DNA of 64,000 nucleotides from an uncultured Verrucomicrobiota bacterium (lineage in GTDB: Bacteria > Verrucomicrobiota > Verrucomicrobiia > Palsa-1439), in NCBI GenBank assembly GCA_903825435.1, contig CAIKAP010000097.1, positions 10,547 through 74,546 of the forward strand. Direction: 5' to 3'. Positions within the stretch are counted from its first letter, which is position 1. Every line of letters starts with the position of its first letter. Of this stretch, positions 9,624 through 20,527 are shown piece by piece. A program made the position numbers and the translations under genes. The notes under the pieces are model-generated. The model did no database searches. It saw nothing but the letters and a program-made list of their open reading frames with translations, and was not told the DNA's origin.

Positions 9624-10964
9624 CTACGATCGCAGTTTCTGGCTGATCAGGGACACGAGGTCGGCGATTTTGACGCGGTCTTGTTTCATCGTGTCGCGGT
9701 CGCGGAGCGTGACGGTGTCGAGCAGTTCGGGGCCTTTTTCACCGAGGGTGTCGAAGTCAACGGTGACGCACCACGGCGTGCCTTGCTCGTCTTGGTAGCG
9801 GTAGCGTTTGCCGATGTTGCCGCGGTCGTCCCACTCGGTGGTGAAATGCGGCTGGAGCAGGTCGAAGACTTGACGGGCTTTCTCGACGAGCGGCGGTTTG
9901 TTGCGCAGGAGTGGGAAGACGGCCACTTTCACGGGCGCGATGCGCGGGGCGAACTTCATGACGATGCGGGTATCGCCGGGGGCGATTTCTTCCTCGGTGT
10001 AGGCGGCGCAGATCAACGCGAGGCAGATGCGGTCCACGCCGGCACTGGGTTCGACGACGTGGGGGATATATTTTTCCTTCGTCTCGTCGTCGAAGTACAT
10101 CATGGACTTACCGGAGAATTTTTCGTGCTGGCTGAGGTCGAAGTTGCCGCGGGCGGCAATGCCTTCGAGTTCCTGGACGCCAAACGGGAAGGCGAACATA
10201 ACGTCCACGCAGGCGCTGGCGTAGTGGGCGAGTTCTTCCTTCTTGTATTCGTAGATGCTGAGCTTTTCTTTCGGGAGGCCGATGGTCTCGTACCATTTGA
10301 GGCGTTCGGCGACCCATTTCTGGTGCCAGTCGGCGTCGGTACCGGGTTTGATGAAAAACTCGAGTTCCATCTGCTCGAACTCGCGGCTGCGGAAGGTGAA
10401 GTTGCGCGGGTTGATCTCGTTGCGGAACGCTTTGCCGATCTGGGCGATGCCGAACGGGATTTTCTGGCGGGAGACGCTGAGGACGTTCTGGAACTGAACG
10501 AAGATCACCTGGGCGGTCTCCGGGCGGAGGTAGACTTTGTTGGAGTCATCCTTGACGGGACCGGCGTGGGACTCGAACATCAGATTGAACTGGCGGGCCT
10601 CGGTGTAGTCGTGCGGGCCGCCTTCGGGGCATTTGGTTTCGGGCAACTGGTCGGCGCGCCAGCGGCCTTTGCATTTCTTGCAGTCCACCATCGGGTCGCT
10701 GAAGCTGGTGACGTGGCCGGAGGCTTCCCACACCTTGGGGTGGGTGATGATGGTGCCGTCAATGCCGACGACGTCGGTGCGCCGGCGGACGGTGTCGTTC
10801 CACCAGGCGTCGCGGACGTTGCGTTTGAGTTCAGCGCCCATGGGGCCGTAGTCCCAAAAGCCGTTGATGCCGCCGTAGATTTCGCTGGATTGGAAGACGA
10901 AACCGCGCCGTTTGCAGAGGGCGACGATCTTGTCCATGAGATTGACTGGTTTGGTGTCCGCCAT
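9624..10964 (-). CDS. glyS: Glycine--tRNA ligase, alpha2 type
   Basis: LCKRRGF, SEIYGG, YLRPETAQ, GKAFRNEI, REFEQME, IGKRYRxQDE anticodon-binding domain. Confidence 0.97.
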   Translation of the reverse strand: MADTKPVNLMDKIVALCKRRGFVFQSSEIYGGINGFWDYGPMGAELKRNVRDAWWNDTVRRRTDVVGIDGTIITHPKVWEASGHVTSFSDPMVDCKKCKGRWRADQLPETKCPEGGPHDYTEARQFNLMFESHAGPVKDDSNKVYLRPETAQVIFVQFQNVLSVSRQKIPFGIAQIGKAFRNEINPRNFTFRSREFEQMELEFFIKPGTDADWHQKWVAERLKWYETIGLPKEKLSIYEYKKEELAHYASACVDVMFAFPFGVQELEGIAARGNFDLSQHEKFSGKSMMYFDDETKEKYIPHVVEPSAGVDRICLALICAAYTEEEIAPGDTRIVMKFAPRIAPVKVAVFPLLRNKPPLVEKARQVFDLLQPHFTTEWDDRGNIGKRYRYQDEQGTPWCVTVDFDTLGEKGPELLDTVTLRDRDTMKQDRVKIADLVSLISQKLRS

Positions 10965-11055
10965 AGTGGGGCGGACTATGGCGAAAGCGTTCCGTCAAGT
11001 CAAGGCGTCGCGGCGGTTGCAAAAAGGATGTTGTCGCGGTATAAAGTGAGTAGTC

Positions 11056-14000
11056 ATGGCTTATGCTTCCTTTCCTAGCTTACGCGGGCGCCTTGGCACC
11101 GTGGTTCTGCTGGCGTTGCTGCCAGTGCTGGCGTTGACGGTTTACACGGGGCGGCGGCAATATCAGTTGGATGGCGAGGCAGCCGAGGAGCATGCAGTGC
11201 GGCTGGCGCGGCATGTGAGCTTTGCGCAGCGTGAATTGCTGGAGAAGACTCACCAGTTGCTGCTGGAGATGGCGAAGTCGTCCGCCGTGCGCGACCTCGA
11301 TGCAGAACGATGCCGCGCTTTCATGAGTGGGACATCTTGCGTGAACCTGGGTGTGACGGACGCGCAGGGCCTCGTTATCAGTAGTGCGCTAACGGGGCTG
11401 GTTTCCGTTGCCAATGAACCTTGGTTCCGTCGCACGCTACAGACTCGCGATTTTTTCGCAGGCGGCTACGAGATGAACACAGCAACGAGGTCTACGACGT
11501 TAATGGTAGGGTACCCGTTGTTGAGCGCGCAGGGTGCGGTGCGCGCGGTGGTGTTTGCGGTGATAGACTTGCAGTGGGTGGCGCGGCTGGCAGAGATGAT
11601 GGAGTTACCCGAAGGCGCGAGTATGAAGGTGTTGGATCGCGGCGGAAAAACGCTTATGTCACTTCCGTCAGACGTGGACGAGGCGTTCGTCGAGGAGACG
11701 TTGCAACGCGCGGTGGCGAACCGCGTGATGGCAGGCGCGGTACGCGGTGCTGGGCGGTTGTACGGTGTGTCCCCCTTGTACGCCGGGCAAAAACGACCGT
11801 CCATATTTGTGGCGGTGGCCATTCCGTCGGCGTTGGCCTTCGAGCGGGCGCGTCAGAACCTGATTCACGACATCGTGTTGTGGGTGCTCGCGGTGCTGTT
11901 GATGTTGCTGGCGCTGCATCTGGCGGGGCACGTGTTGTTTGTACGTCCGATCCAGTTGGTGATCGCCGCGACGAAGCGCCTCGCCTGCGGCGACCTGAAC
12001 ACGCGCGTTGGCTCAACGGGCGGCGGACGCGAACTGGAGCAGTTGGGGCATTCGTTTGATGAGATGGCGGAGGCGTTGGCGCGTCAGTCCACCCAACTAC
12101 AGCAGTCCGAGGAACAATTCCGCCAAGTTGTCGAGACCTCGCCGTTGGGAATGCATTTCTGGCAGTTGCAGCCCGACGGGCAACTCGTGTTTACGGGTGC
12201 CAACCGTGTTGCGGATGAGATACTGAATATCGAGCACGCCTCGCTGGTCGGCAAGCCGATTCTCGAAGCGTTCCCGTGGCTGGCGGGCACGGAGGTGATA
12301 GATCGTTACCGCGAAGTGTGCGTGCTTGGTGTGCCATGGCACAGCGAAGAAACCCGTTATGTGGGCGATCAGGTCTCGGGTGTCTATGAAGTGTTCGCTT
12401 TCCGCACATTGACCGGCAGCATGGCGGCGATGTTCTCCGACATCACCGAACGGCGCAAGGCCATCGAAGCATTGCGCGAGAGCGAACAACGATTTCGTCA
12501 GCTCTTCGAAAACTCTCCCGACGCGATCTTTGTCGAAAACCTCGAAGGCATAGTGCTCGACGTCAACCCTGCCGCCTGCCATCTGCACGGCATACCGCGC
12601 GAGAAACTCATCGGTCTCCACGTCACCGACCTGGTTCCGGCTGAACAGCGCGAACAGGTCGCCCGCGATTTCCAAAAAGTGGTGAGCGGCGAATGGACCT
12701 ACTTTGAAAGCCAGAGCTACACTGCATCTCAACGCGCTATGTCTGTTGAGATCAGCGTCGCCCACATCGAATACGACGGCAAGATCGCCATCCTGCTTCA
12801 CGTCCGCGACATCAGTAACCGCAAACGCGCCGAACTGGCCGTTTTGGAGAGCGAGACCCGTTTTCGCCATCTTTCCGAGGCCACCTTTGAAGCCATCGTC
12901 CTCACCGACGCCGGCCACATCATCGACGCCAACAGCCGCCTTGTTGAAATGCTTGGCTACCAGCTCACCGAGTTGATCAATAAATCGCTTTCCGACCTAA
13001 TCGCACCCGAATCACTCGACTTCGTGAACGAGTACATGCGCTCCGGTTCCGACAAGTCGTTGGAGTTCCTCGCTCGCCGCAAAGACGGCTCTACCGTCGC
13101 CATCGAAGCCCACGGTCGTACTCTTCCATTCAAAGGCCATTTTGTTCGCGTTATCGCAATGCGCGACATGACCGACGAGAAACGCTCCCAAGAGACAATG
13201 CTGCGACTCGTCACCGCTGTCGAACAAACTGTCGAGGCCATTGTCATTACCGATCCTAAAGGTGTGATCATCTACGCCAACCCCTCCTTTGAGGTCATCA
13301 CCGGTTACACTGTGGACGAAGCCATCGGCCAGAACATCCGCATCCTCAAGAGCGGCAAACACGACACCGCCTTCTACCGCGACCTCTGGGAAACCATTAG
13401 CCGTGGCGACGTCTGGCGTGGTTTCTTTTTCAACCGCAAAAAAGACGGCACACTCTACCAGGAAGAAGACACCATCAGTCCCATCAAAGACACTCAGGGT
13501 CGCATCACTAGCTACGTTTCCGTCAAGCGCGATGTCACCCACGAAATGGCTCTCGAACTCCAGCTCCTCCAGTCCCAAAAAATGGAAGCCGTCGGCCGCC
13601 TTGCCGGCGGCGTCGCCCACGACTTCAATAATATGCTCACCGCCATCACCGGCTACGGCGAACTCAGTATTACCCGCCTCCCCAAGGGAGACCCACTTCG
13701 CCACAACCTCGATGAAATCCTCAAGGCTGCCGACCGCGCCACCACGCTCACCCGCCAACTCCTCGCCTTCAGCCGAAAACAAGTCCTCGATACCCGTATA
13801 TTCGACCTCAACGAACTCATCACCAACATCCAGAACATGCTTCGCCGTCTCATCGGTGAAGACGTCGAACTGGTCATCCTCCTCGAACAAGCTTCCATCT
13901 GGCCCATCAAAGCCGACCCCGGCCAGATCGAACAAGTCCTCCTCAACCTCGTCATCAACGCCCGCGACGCCATGCCGCTCGGCGGCAAACTCACCATCCT

Positions 14001-14715
14001 CACCGCCAACGTCACCGTGGACGAGTCCTTCGCCCGCCAACACATCGGCATGGTCGCCGGCGACTACGTCCTCATGTCCGTCGCCGACACCGGCATCGGC
14101 ATGAGCGACGAAATCAAGCCCCACCTCTTCGAGCCGTTCTTCACCACCAAGGAAGGCGGCAAAGGCACCGGCCTCGGCCTCGCCACCTCCTACGGCATCA
14201 TCAAACAGAGCGGTGGCCAGATCGCTGTCACCACCAAAATAGGCGCTGGCAGCACCTTTGATATCTACCTACCGGGGATGGGGGGGAAAACGCTGTCCAA
14301 CGGCCGGGCCGCTCGCGTCATGGAAGAAACGCCCCGCAGCCGCGGCAACGAGACCATTCTGCTCGCCGAAGACGAAGAAGCTGTTCGTGAGTTGACCCAG
14401 ATGATTCTACGCGAGCTCGGCTACAACGTCCTCAGCGCCGAGAACGGCGTGCGCGCCCTCCAACTCGTCCACGACCACAGCGACCAACGCATCGATGTGT
14501 TGCTGACCGACATTGTCATGCCTCAGATCGGCGGGCGCGAACTCGCCGAGCGGATGCGCAAGACACAGCCTGACCTCAAAGTACTCTTCATCACCGGCTA
14601 CAGCATCGAGGCCGAACGGATCAGCGGCATGCTTTCCTACACCACGTCCTATCTGCCCAAGCCGTTTACCCCTTCCGCACTCGGTCGGAAAATCCGCGAA
14701 GTCCTCGACGTTTGA
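11056..14715 (+). CDS. Hybrid sensor histidine kinase (Cache-like, HAMP, four PAS, HisKA, HATPase, receiver)
   Basis: Two TM segments; PAS linkers (DITER, RDIS, RDMT, RDVT); [51 protein letters not shown]...LPKPF. Confidence 0.95.
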   Translation: MAYASFPSLRGRLGTVVLLALLPVLALTVYTGRRQYQLDGEAAEEHAVRLARHVSFAQRELLEKTHQLLLEMAKSSAVRDLDAERCRAFMSGTSCVNLGVTDAQGLVISSALTGLVSVANEPWFRRTLQTRDFFAGGYEMNTATRSTTLMVGYPLLSAQGAVRAVVFAVIDLQWVARLAEMMELPEGASMKVLDRGGKTLMSLPSDVDEAFVEETLQRAVANRVMAGAVRGAGRLYGVSPLYAGQKRPSIFVAVAIPSALAFERARQNLIHDIVLWVLAVLLMLLALHLAGHVLFVRPIQLVIAATKRLACGDLNTRVGSTGGGRELEQLGHSFDEMAEALARQSTQLQQSEEQFRQVVETSPLGMHFWQLQPDGQLVFTGANRVADEILNIEHASLVGKPILEAFPWLAGTEVIDRYREVCVLGVPWHSEETRYVGDQVSGVYEVFAFRTLTGSMAAMFSDITERRKAIEALRESEQRFRQLFENSPDAIFVENLEGIVLDVNPAACHLHGIPREKLIGLHVTDLVPAEQREQVARDFQKVVSGEWTYFESQSYTASQRAMSVEISVAHIEYDGKIAILLHVRDISNRKRAELAVLESETRFRHLSEATFEAIVLTDAGHIIDANSRLVEMLGYQLTELINKSLSDLIAPESLDFVNEYMRSGSDKSLEFLARRKDGSTVAIEAHGRTLPFKGHFVRVIAMRDMTDEKRSQETMLRLVTAVEQTVEAIVITDPKGVIIYANPSFEVITGYTVDEAIGQNIRILKSGKHDTAFYRDLWETISRGDVWRGFFFNRKKDGTLYQEEDTISPIKDTQGRITSYVSVKRDVTHEMALELQLLQSQKMEAVGRLAGGVAHDFNNMLTAITGYGELSITRLPKGDPLRHNLDEILKAADRATTLTRQLLAFSRKQVLDTRIFDLNELITNIQNMLRRLIGEDVELVILLEQASIWPIKADPGQIEQVLLNLVINARDAMPLGGKLTILTANVTVDESFARQHIGMVAGDYVLMSVADTGIGMSDEIKPHLFEPFFTTKEGGKGTGLGLATSYGIIKQSGGQIAVTTKIGAGSTFDIYLPGMGGKTLSNGRAARVMEETPRSRGNETILLAEDEEAVRELTQMILRELGYNVLSAENGVRALQLVHDHSDQRIDVLLTDIVMPQIGGRELAERMRKTQPDLKVLFITGYSIEAERISGMLSYTTSYLPKPFTPSALGRKIREVLDV

Positions 14716-14756
14716 TGGCCGGAACAAAACCGGCTTACCCGCCGCAGGCGGGAACA

Positions 14757-15764
14757 TCAGTGCTGGTTGCGGGTGAAACTCTGCATCAGCTCCTGAGGCG
14801 AACAGGTCGCGGTGCCGACTTTGCCGACCACGATGCCGGAGGCGTGGTTAGCGATCTCGGCGGCCTCGACCGGGCTGGCTTTGGAGGCCAACGCCAGTGT
14901 CAGCGATGCAATCGCCGTGTCGCCGGCACCGGATACGTCGAAGACTTCCTGCGCGACGGTCGGGATGTGGTGCGGTTTCTTCCCGGCGCGGAACAGGCAC
15001 ATGCCGTGTTCTCCGAGCGTGATGAGGAGGTTGTTGGGCTGCCATTTCTTGAGGAGCGTTTCGCCAACGCTCATCAGCGGCGTGTCGCGGAGGACGTCGT
15101 CGGACGGCTCGGCCGGCGCGGCACCGGCGGCGGCGAAGGCTTCCATTCGGTTCGGCGTGATCGCCGTGAGGCGCGAGTAGCGGAGGAGGTGGCGGGCGTT
15201 GGGATCGGCGGTGGTGATTTTGCCGCGACGGTGGGCAAGGCGTTGCAGTTGGTCGAGAAGGCTCTGGGAGAGCACACCCTTGGCGTAGTCCTCGAAGATG
15301 ACGGCGGACGCGTCGTCGAGCGATTGTTCGTAGTGGCGCAGAAACACCTCTTCCAACAGCGGGGTCAACAGTGCCACTCGTTCGCGGTCGAACCGGACGA
15401 TTTGCTGGTGTTGGGCGACGACGCGGGTTTTCAGCGTTGTCGGGCGTTGGTCGTCGGTGAGAAGTCCGTCGGTATCAATGCCGCCTTCGCTGAGCAGGTC
15501 GCGGAGGACTTCGCCGGCATGGTCGTCGCCGACAATGCCGAGGATGCTGACGACGGCGCCGAGGGCGCGGAGGTTGCGGGCGACGTTGGCGGCACCGCCG
15601 GGAAAGTAGGATTCGCGCGTGACTTCGACGACAGGGACGGGCGCCTCGGGGGAGATGCGATTGACTTTGCCCCATAGAAACTGGTCTAGCATGACGTCGC
15701 CGACGACGAGGATGCGTTGTTTGGGGAAGCGGCGGAGGATGGCTTGGAGATGTTGCGCGTTCAT
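14757..15764 (-). CDS. rfaE1: D-glycero-beta-D-manno-heptose-7-phosphate kinase (HldA/RfaE1, stand-alone kinase domain)
   Basis: VVGDVMLD, RISPEAPVPVV, GGAANVA, DYAKGV, TPNxxE, VFDVSGAGDT. Confidence 0.93.
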   Translation of the reverse strand: MNAQHLQAILRRFPKQRILVVGDVMLDQFLWGKVNRISPEAPVPVVEVTRESYFPGGAANVARNLRALGAVVSILGIVGDDHAGEVLRDLLSEGGIDTDGLLTDDQRPTTLKTRVVAQHQQIVRFDRERVALLTPLLEEVFLRHYEQSLDDASAVIFEDYAKGVLSQSLLDQLQRLAHRRGKITTADPNARHLLRYSRLTAITPNRMEAFAAAGAAPAEPSDDVLRDTPLMSVGETLLKKWQPNNLLITLGEHGMCLFRAGKKPHHIPTVAQEVFDVSGAGDTAIASLTLALASKASPVEAAEIANHASGIVVGKVGTATCSPQELMQSFTRNQH

Positions 15765-16702
15765 TTCAATTCTTCCAGGACAGCGGCGGCCCAGAGTGGG
15801 ACGAGCAGTTCGTGGTGCCCGATGATGTAGTAGCCTTGCCCGCCCTTGGCGGTGGGCCGTCGGACGATGTTTTCCAAGGGGCGGTAGTGGCGGTTCATGT
15901 CGAAGGTGGCGGTGGTGAAATGGTCAACGGTGTGGCCGAGGTTGCGCGCGATGGTCAACGCCTTGAGGAAAACTTCCGGCATGATGACGGCGCTGCCGAT
16001 GTTGAGGACGACGCCGCCTTCGAGTTGCGCGATGACGGCGGCGAGTGTCTGGAAGTCGAGGTGGCTGGCTTCGCCGAGCACGGCGCCGTCGGTGGTCGGA
16101 TGCTGGTGGATGATATCGGTGCCGATGGCGATGTGAACGGTGACGGGGATGTTGCTGGTGACGCCGGCGTGGAGGAGGCTGAGTTGTTTGCAGGGGAAGA
16201 TGCCTTTGACGATGGCTTCGCCGAGCGCGCGTCCGGCGCCGATGCCTTGGGCGACGCCGTCGGCGAGCGCAGCGTTCATGAGGCGGCCGGTTTCATCAAT
16301 CATTCCAAAGCTGCCGTCGTTGAGGCCATGCTGGACGTCTTCGCTGGTGGCGCCGATGAGTGCGAGTTCGAAATCGTGGATGGCGCCGGCACCGTTGAAG
16401 GCTAGGGAGTTGATGACGCCGCGGCGGATGAGGTCGAGGAGGATGGGATTGAGGCCGCATTTGATGGGGTGGGCGCCCATCATGACGAGGACGGGGCGGT
16501 GGTTACGGACGGCGTCGGCGGTGGCGGTGACGAGGGCGCGGAAATCGTTGCCGATGAGGATGCGTGGAAGCGATTCGAGGAAGGCGGCGAAGGTGGCACC
16601 GGGTTGCCAGGGGCTGGCGAGTTCGTCGCGGTGGACTTTGTTGTCGCGCTCACGGAGCGGGTAGGTGCGGATGCGACCGAAGTCGAGTGGGGGAAAGTTC
16701 AT
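15761..16702 (-). CDS. Conserved protein, probable deoxyhypusine-synthase-like fold
   Basis: MGAHPIKCG, NGAGAIHDFE, TVHIAIGTDIIH, GSAVIMPEVFLKA, GHHELLVP; overlaps the heptose kinase gene. Confidence 0.6.
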   Translation of the reverse strand: MNFPPLDFGRIRTYPLRERDNKVHRDELASPWQPGATFAAFLESLPRILIGNDFRALVTATADAVRNHRPVLVMMGAHPIKCGLNPILLDLIRRGVINSLAFNGAGAIHDFELALIGATSEDVQHGLNDGSFGMIDETGRLMNAALADGVAQGIGAGRALGEAIVKGIFPCKQLSLLHAGVTSNIPVTVHIAIGTDIIHQHPTTDGAVLGEASHLDFQTLAAVIAQLEGGVVLNIGSAVIMPEVFLKALTIARNLGHTVDHFTTATFDMNRHYRPLENIVRRPTAKGGQGYYIIGHHELLVPLWAAAVLEELK

Positions 16703-16703
16703 G

Positions 16704-17498
16704 TCAGTCCTTGGAGACGAGACGCAGGCGCTGTGCGAGAGCGGGGTTGGCCGTCTGAACTTCGGTGAGTTGAAGGCGAACGCTGCCGAGTGTCATGTTG
16801 GAGATCAGAACCAGCGGCAACTTCTGTGCATCGTCGCTGACCCAAACCCACATGTGTCCTTTGTTGGCGGCGACGATGGTGATGGTGGGATTCGGTTCAA
16901 TGCGGACGGCGGGCACGTCGCCGAGCGGGTTGGTCCAGATGGTTTTGCGTTGATTGGGAGTGATGCGGACAAGGCGGTTGGTGTCGCCGGCATTGACGAG
17001 GAAGTTTTGTGGCTGGTTGAGTTGGAGCGGACGGGTGCGAACATAATATAGAGCGGAGACGATGTCCAAAAGTGGTTTGTCCATCGGCAGGGTGGTGACG
17101 GCGCCGTTCAGGTGGTTGGTGATGGTGAAGTTGTTGTTGACGTAGTCGTAGTGGGTTTCGCTGAGCTTGGTGTGTTTGCCTTCGATGCGGTGCTGGCGAT
17201 AACGGCGTGCGTAAAGCTCTTTCGCGTCGAGCCAGCTCTCCATTGTGTTATCCACGTGAAACAGCATGCCCACCAAGCCGCTGGTCTGTGCCTTGGCGAT
17301 AAGGTGATAACAATCATGGCCGTCCACCGCCTCGATGTCCGACACCTCCAAGGAGGCGCTTCCGGCGACGAATGGTCCCCAATAAATCGTATAGTTGAGT
17401 TTTTCGCCGACATGAAATGGGAAGTTGGCGCCGTTGTCGGCAAGGCCAGCGGCTGTTGTCACCAACAGGACTGCGAGGATGGTGGCGAGTGTTCTCAT
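16704..17498 (-). CDS. DUF3108 family exported protein
   Basis: Signal peptide; PFxVGEKLxY, LDIVSALYYVR, WVSDDxxKLPL. Confidence 0.8.
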   Translation of the reverse strand: MRTLATILAVLLVTTAAGLADNGANFPFHVGEKLNYTIYWGPFVAGSASLEVSDIEAVDGHDCYHLIAKAQTSGLVGMLFHVDNTMESWLDAKELYARRYRQHRIEGKHTKLSETHYDYVNNNFTITNHLNGAVTTLPMDKPLLDIVSALYYVRTRPLQLNQPQNFLVNAGDTNRLVRITPNQRKTIWTNPLGDVPAVRIEPNPTITIVAANKGHMWVWVSDDAQKLPLVLISNMTLGSVRLQLTEVQTANPALAQRLRLVSKD

Positions 17499-17605
17499 GA
17501 CGATGGCGAAGTATAGTCGGCTTGCGATAAAAGACAGCAAAAAACGTTGACGCCAGCGTTGAGGTAGTGCTATACGCCTTACCAAGCAAGGAGGATGTAA
17601 CGCTT

Positions 17606-18187
17606 ATGAATAGCCGTCATCGTATTTCTTTATTGGTGTGTGCCGCAATTGTGTTGATCGTCGGTGGATGTGCCACTGGCCCGAAGAAACTGGAGCCGGT
17701 CACCACGCCGCCACCGCAGAGCCAGCTCCTCAAGGGGCTTGATGTTGTGCAACAGCCCGAGCTCGAAGCCGACTGGGCAGATTTCGTGAAACAGAAGTAT
17801 CCCCTCTGGCGCCAACACTACTGGGTGGATCGCGGCCAGTGGGGCAACCGCGGCTACCTTGTCGGCGGTCCTGCGCCCGCGACCGCGCCTGCCGAAGCGC
17901 AGATCACGCCGTTGCCCGTCGCACCCGTGCAGCCCGTCGTCACCGCGCCGCCGGTGGTGGAGCCGGTTGCTCCGCCCGTCATCGTGGAAACCCCGGCGCC
18001 AAAAATCGAGAAGACCGAGAAGCCGACCACCTACACAGTCAGAAAGGGTGATTGCCTCTGGCGCATCGCCGGGCGCGTGTACGGCAACCCGTTCAAGTGG
18101 CCGCGCATCTACAAATCCAACAAAGACAAGATCAAGAGTGCCAACAAGGTTTACCCCGGCCAAGTCCTGACGATTCCGCAGGACTAA
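17606..18187 (+). CDS. LysM-domain lipoprotein
   Basis: Lipobox-like IVGGC; Pro-rich linker; YTVRKGDCLWRIA...YPGQVLTIP; AGGAGG upstream. Confidence 0.9.
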   Translation: MNSRHRISLLVCAAIVLIVGGCATGPKKLEPVTTPPPQSQLLKGLDVVQQPELEADWADFVKQKYPLWRQHYWVDRGQWGNRGYLVGGPAPATAPAEAQITPLPVAPVQPVVTAPPVVEPVAPPVIVETPAPKIEKTEKPTTYTVRKGDCLWRIAGRVYGNPFKWPRIYKSNKDKIKSANKVYPGQVLTIPQD

Positions 18188-18195
18188 GCTTGGCC

Positions 18196-19191
18196 ATGGC
18201 CAACGAGACATTGCACTTCGACAACGCCCGCCTCGCGCAGGCGCTCTACGCTAACGAACCTAAGAACCTCCGTCTCCTCGAAGACCTCCTGAGCCTCCGC
18301 GTCGCTGCGCGCGAAGACTGGATCGGCATCGAGGGCGAACAGCCAAACGTCGACAAGGCCAAGGAACTCTTTAGCATCCTCCAGAAAGCCGTCAGCCGCG
18401 GCGCCACTATCCGCCGGCAGGAATTTACCCAAGCTGTCAACGCCGTCACCCGCAACGAAGTCCCGCCGCTGCCGGAGTTGAGCGAAGAACGCATTGAGGT
18501 TTCCAATCGCCGTCGCGCCGTCGCGCCGAAAACGCCGGGACAAAAACGCTACGTCGAGGCGATTCGTAAAAACGACATCGTCATCGGCATCGGCCCCGCC
18601 GGCACCGGCAAGACCTACCTCGCGATGGCGATGGCCGTCAACGCGCTCCGGCGCGAACGTGTCGGCCGCATCATCCTCTGCCGCCCCGCCGTCGAAGCCG
18701 GCGAGACACTCGGCTTCCTGCCGGGATCGCTGGAGGAAAAAGTTTCGCCGTACTTGCGCCCGTTGCTCGACGCGCTGTACGACATGATGGACCCCGACGA
18801 AATCCAGCGCAACATGGAGCGCGGTGTCATCGAGATCGCCCCGCTTGCGTTCATGCGCGGGCGCACGCTGAACAACGCCTTCGTCATCCTCGACGAAGCC
18901 CAGAACACCACCAGCGAACAGATGATGATGTTCCTCACCCGAATGGGCTTCGACTCCAAGGTCGTCGTCACCGGCGACATCACGCAAGTGGATCTCCCCG
19001 GCCACAAAGTCTCCGGCCTCGTGGAGATTCAGGGTGTCCTCCAACAGATCCCCGGCCTCTCCTTCGTGTATTTCGACGGCAAAGACGTTGTCCGCCACGA
19101 ACTCGTCCAGAAGATCGTCGCGGCCTACACGTTGTTCAAGGAAGAGCGGGAACGCCAACGCCAATCCGCCGCCGACAAACCCCGCCCCTGA
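18196..19191 (+). CDS. phoH: PhoH-family ATPase
   Basis: GPAGTGKT, RPAVEAGETLGFLPG, PYLRPLLD, AFMRGRTL, DEAQN, GDITQVDL. Confidence 0.95.
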   Translation: MANETLHFDNARLAQALYANEPKNLRLLEDLLSLRVAAREDWIGIEGEQPNVDKAKELFSILQKAVSRGATIRRQEFTQAVNAVTRNEVPPLPELSEERIEVSNRRRAVAPKTPGQKRYVEAIRKNDIVIGIGPAGTGKTYLAMAMAVNALRRERVGRIILCRPAVEAGETLGFLPGSLEEKVSPYLRPLLDALYDMMDPDEIQRNMERGVIEIAPLAFMRGRTLNNAFVILDEAQNTTSEQMMMFLTRMGFDSKVVVTGDITQVDLPGHKVSGLVEIQGVLQQIPGLSFVYFDGKDVVRHELVQKIVAAYTLFKEERERQRQSAADKPRP

Positions 19192-19643
19192 TGCCCGTCG
19201 CCATCCGCAACCAACAGCGGTTGCACAAAGTCGCCACCGCCCGACTGAAGAAGCTGGCGCAACGCGCCCTCGACCTGCTCGACGCTTCCGACGACAACCT
19301 CAGCCTCGTCATCGTCAACGACACCAGCATCCGCGAACTCAACCGCGAGTTCCACGCCACCGACACCCCGACCGACGTGCTCTCCTTCGACTACGGCGAT
19401 GGCGAACTTGAAGTCATCGTAAACATCAAGCGAGCGTTTGCCGTGGCGGAACAATACCGGAACACGGCGTCGCAAGAGTTGGCGTTGTACGTCATCCACG
19501 GCATCCTCCACCTTCACGGCTTCGACGACCTCACACCCGCCAAACGCCGGAAGATGCGCGCTGCCGAGCGACGACTGCTCAAGAGTTTGGCGGCGGAGTG
19601 TCTGTCTTTGCAAATTAACCGCAAGGCAAGCCGGCCATCATGA
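19191..19643 (+). CDS. ybeY: rRNA maturation endoribonuclease YbeY
   Basis: LNREF...PTDVLSF, HGILHLHGFD; follows phoH. Confidence 0.92.
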   Translation: MPVAIRNQQRLHKVATARLKKLAQRALDLLDASDDNLSLVIVNDTSIRELNREFHATDTPTDVLSFDYGDGELEVIVNIKRAFAVAEQYRNTASQELALYVIHGILHLHGFDDLTPAKRRKMRAAERRLLKSLAAECLSLQINRKASRPS

Positions 19644-20425
19644 CAGAGCCAACACCCCAAGGTAAACAGTGTCCGGACTGTGGCAAGACAGTGAATACCG
19701 ACGCATCGTTGTGCCGGCACTGCGGATACATTTTCCTGCAACCCACGACTGTCATCCCACGCCCCACGGTTGCCAACCCACTGGCCCCGGCTGTCATCCC
19801 GCAACTTACCGCAGACACAGCTCTTGCTTGGAAACCTCCGTCGCAGAGCAACCGATTATGTTCAGCGATAATCGACGGCTTGGTTTGGTTTATGGTCTAC
19901 GGGGTAGTGTTTTGTCTGTTGGATTACCTCGCCCACAACGTCTTTGGCATACCGGCTCCGACTCCGAACCGACTAGCCAAGGAGGATATTGTAAGGGTTC
20001 TTTCGGGTGGGCCTGCGACACTCTGCGCCAACCTGTATCTGGCAATCGCCAATAGGAAGGGGAAGTCAATCGGGAAGGCACTCACGAGACTAAGACTCGT
20101 TGTTTTCGTGGGGCAATATCCAGCACGGCCTGGATTCGCCCGAGGACTGGTGCGGTCTGCCGTCCAATCTTTCCCGTTCTGCGGCTGCTGGGGCGTTCTA
20201 ATCTTCACCGGAGTACACGACGGCATCGCTGGGACAAAAGTAATCCAGCCTGTGAATCCCGCCGCATGGGATCGTTGGTGGGCCTGTTCTGCGTCCTCGT
20301 TGAATCCAGACGCTGTATTTCCGGACGTGCCACGCCCTCCTCGAATCGCCATCTGGAAGATCGCCTTGGCAATCTTGTTCCATCTGTTCTCTGCCATGGC
20401 CTCCATTATAGGCGGCGCAATGTGA
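19640..20425 (+). CDS. Zinc-ribbon + RDD-family membrane protein
   Basis: CPDCG...CRHCG, RLxSAIID, GKSIGKAL, HDGIAGTKV. Confidence 0.75.
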   Translation: MTEPTPQGKQCPDCGKTVNTDASLCRHCGYIFLQPTTVIPRPTVANPLAPAVIPQLTADTALAWKPPSQSNRLCSAIIDGLVWFMVYGVVFCLLDYLAHNVFGIPAPTPNRLAKEDIVRVLSGGPATLCANLYLAIANRKGKSIGKALTRLRLVVFVGQYPARPGFARGLVRSAVQSFPFCGCWGVLIFTGVHDGIAGTKVIQPVNPAAWDRWWACSASSLNPDAVFPDVPRPPRIAIWKIALAILFHLFSAMASIIGGAM

Positions 20426-20527
20426 TTGATCGACGAAAGTAGAACGTGAGGGGATCTGCCTTTGACAAACGGAATGACTCGTTAGACTTGTCGCTGATTG
20501 TTGCGTTTGTTCCTATTCCGGTAGCGG

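Noticed and set aside
9621..11078. Long antisense ORFs over glyS, and similarly over the kinase, phoH, leuA, groEL and dnaK (e.g. 50084-51421)
   Set aside because: Shadow ORFs caused by GC-rich codon bias on the opposite strand of well-supported genes
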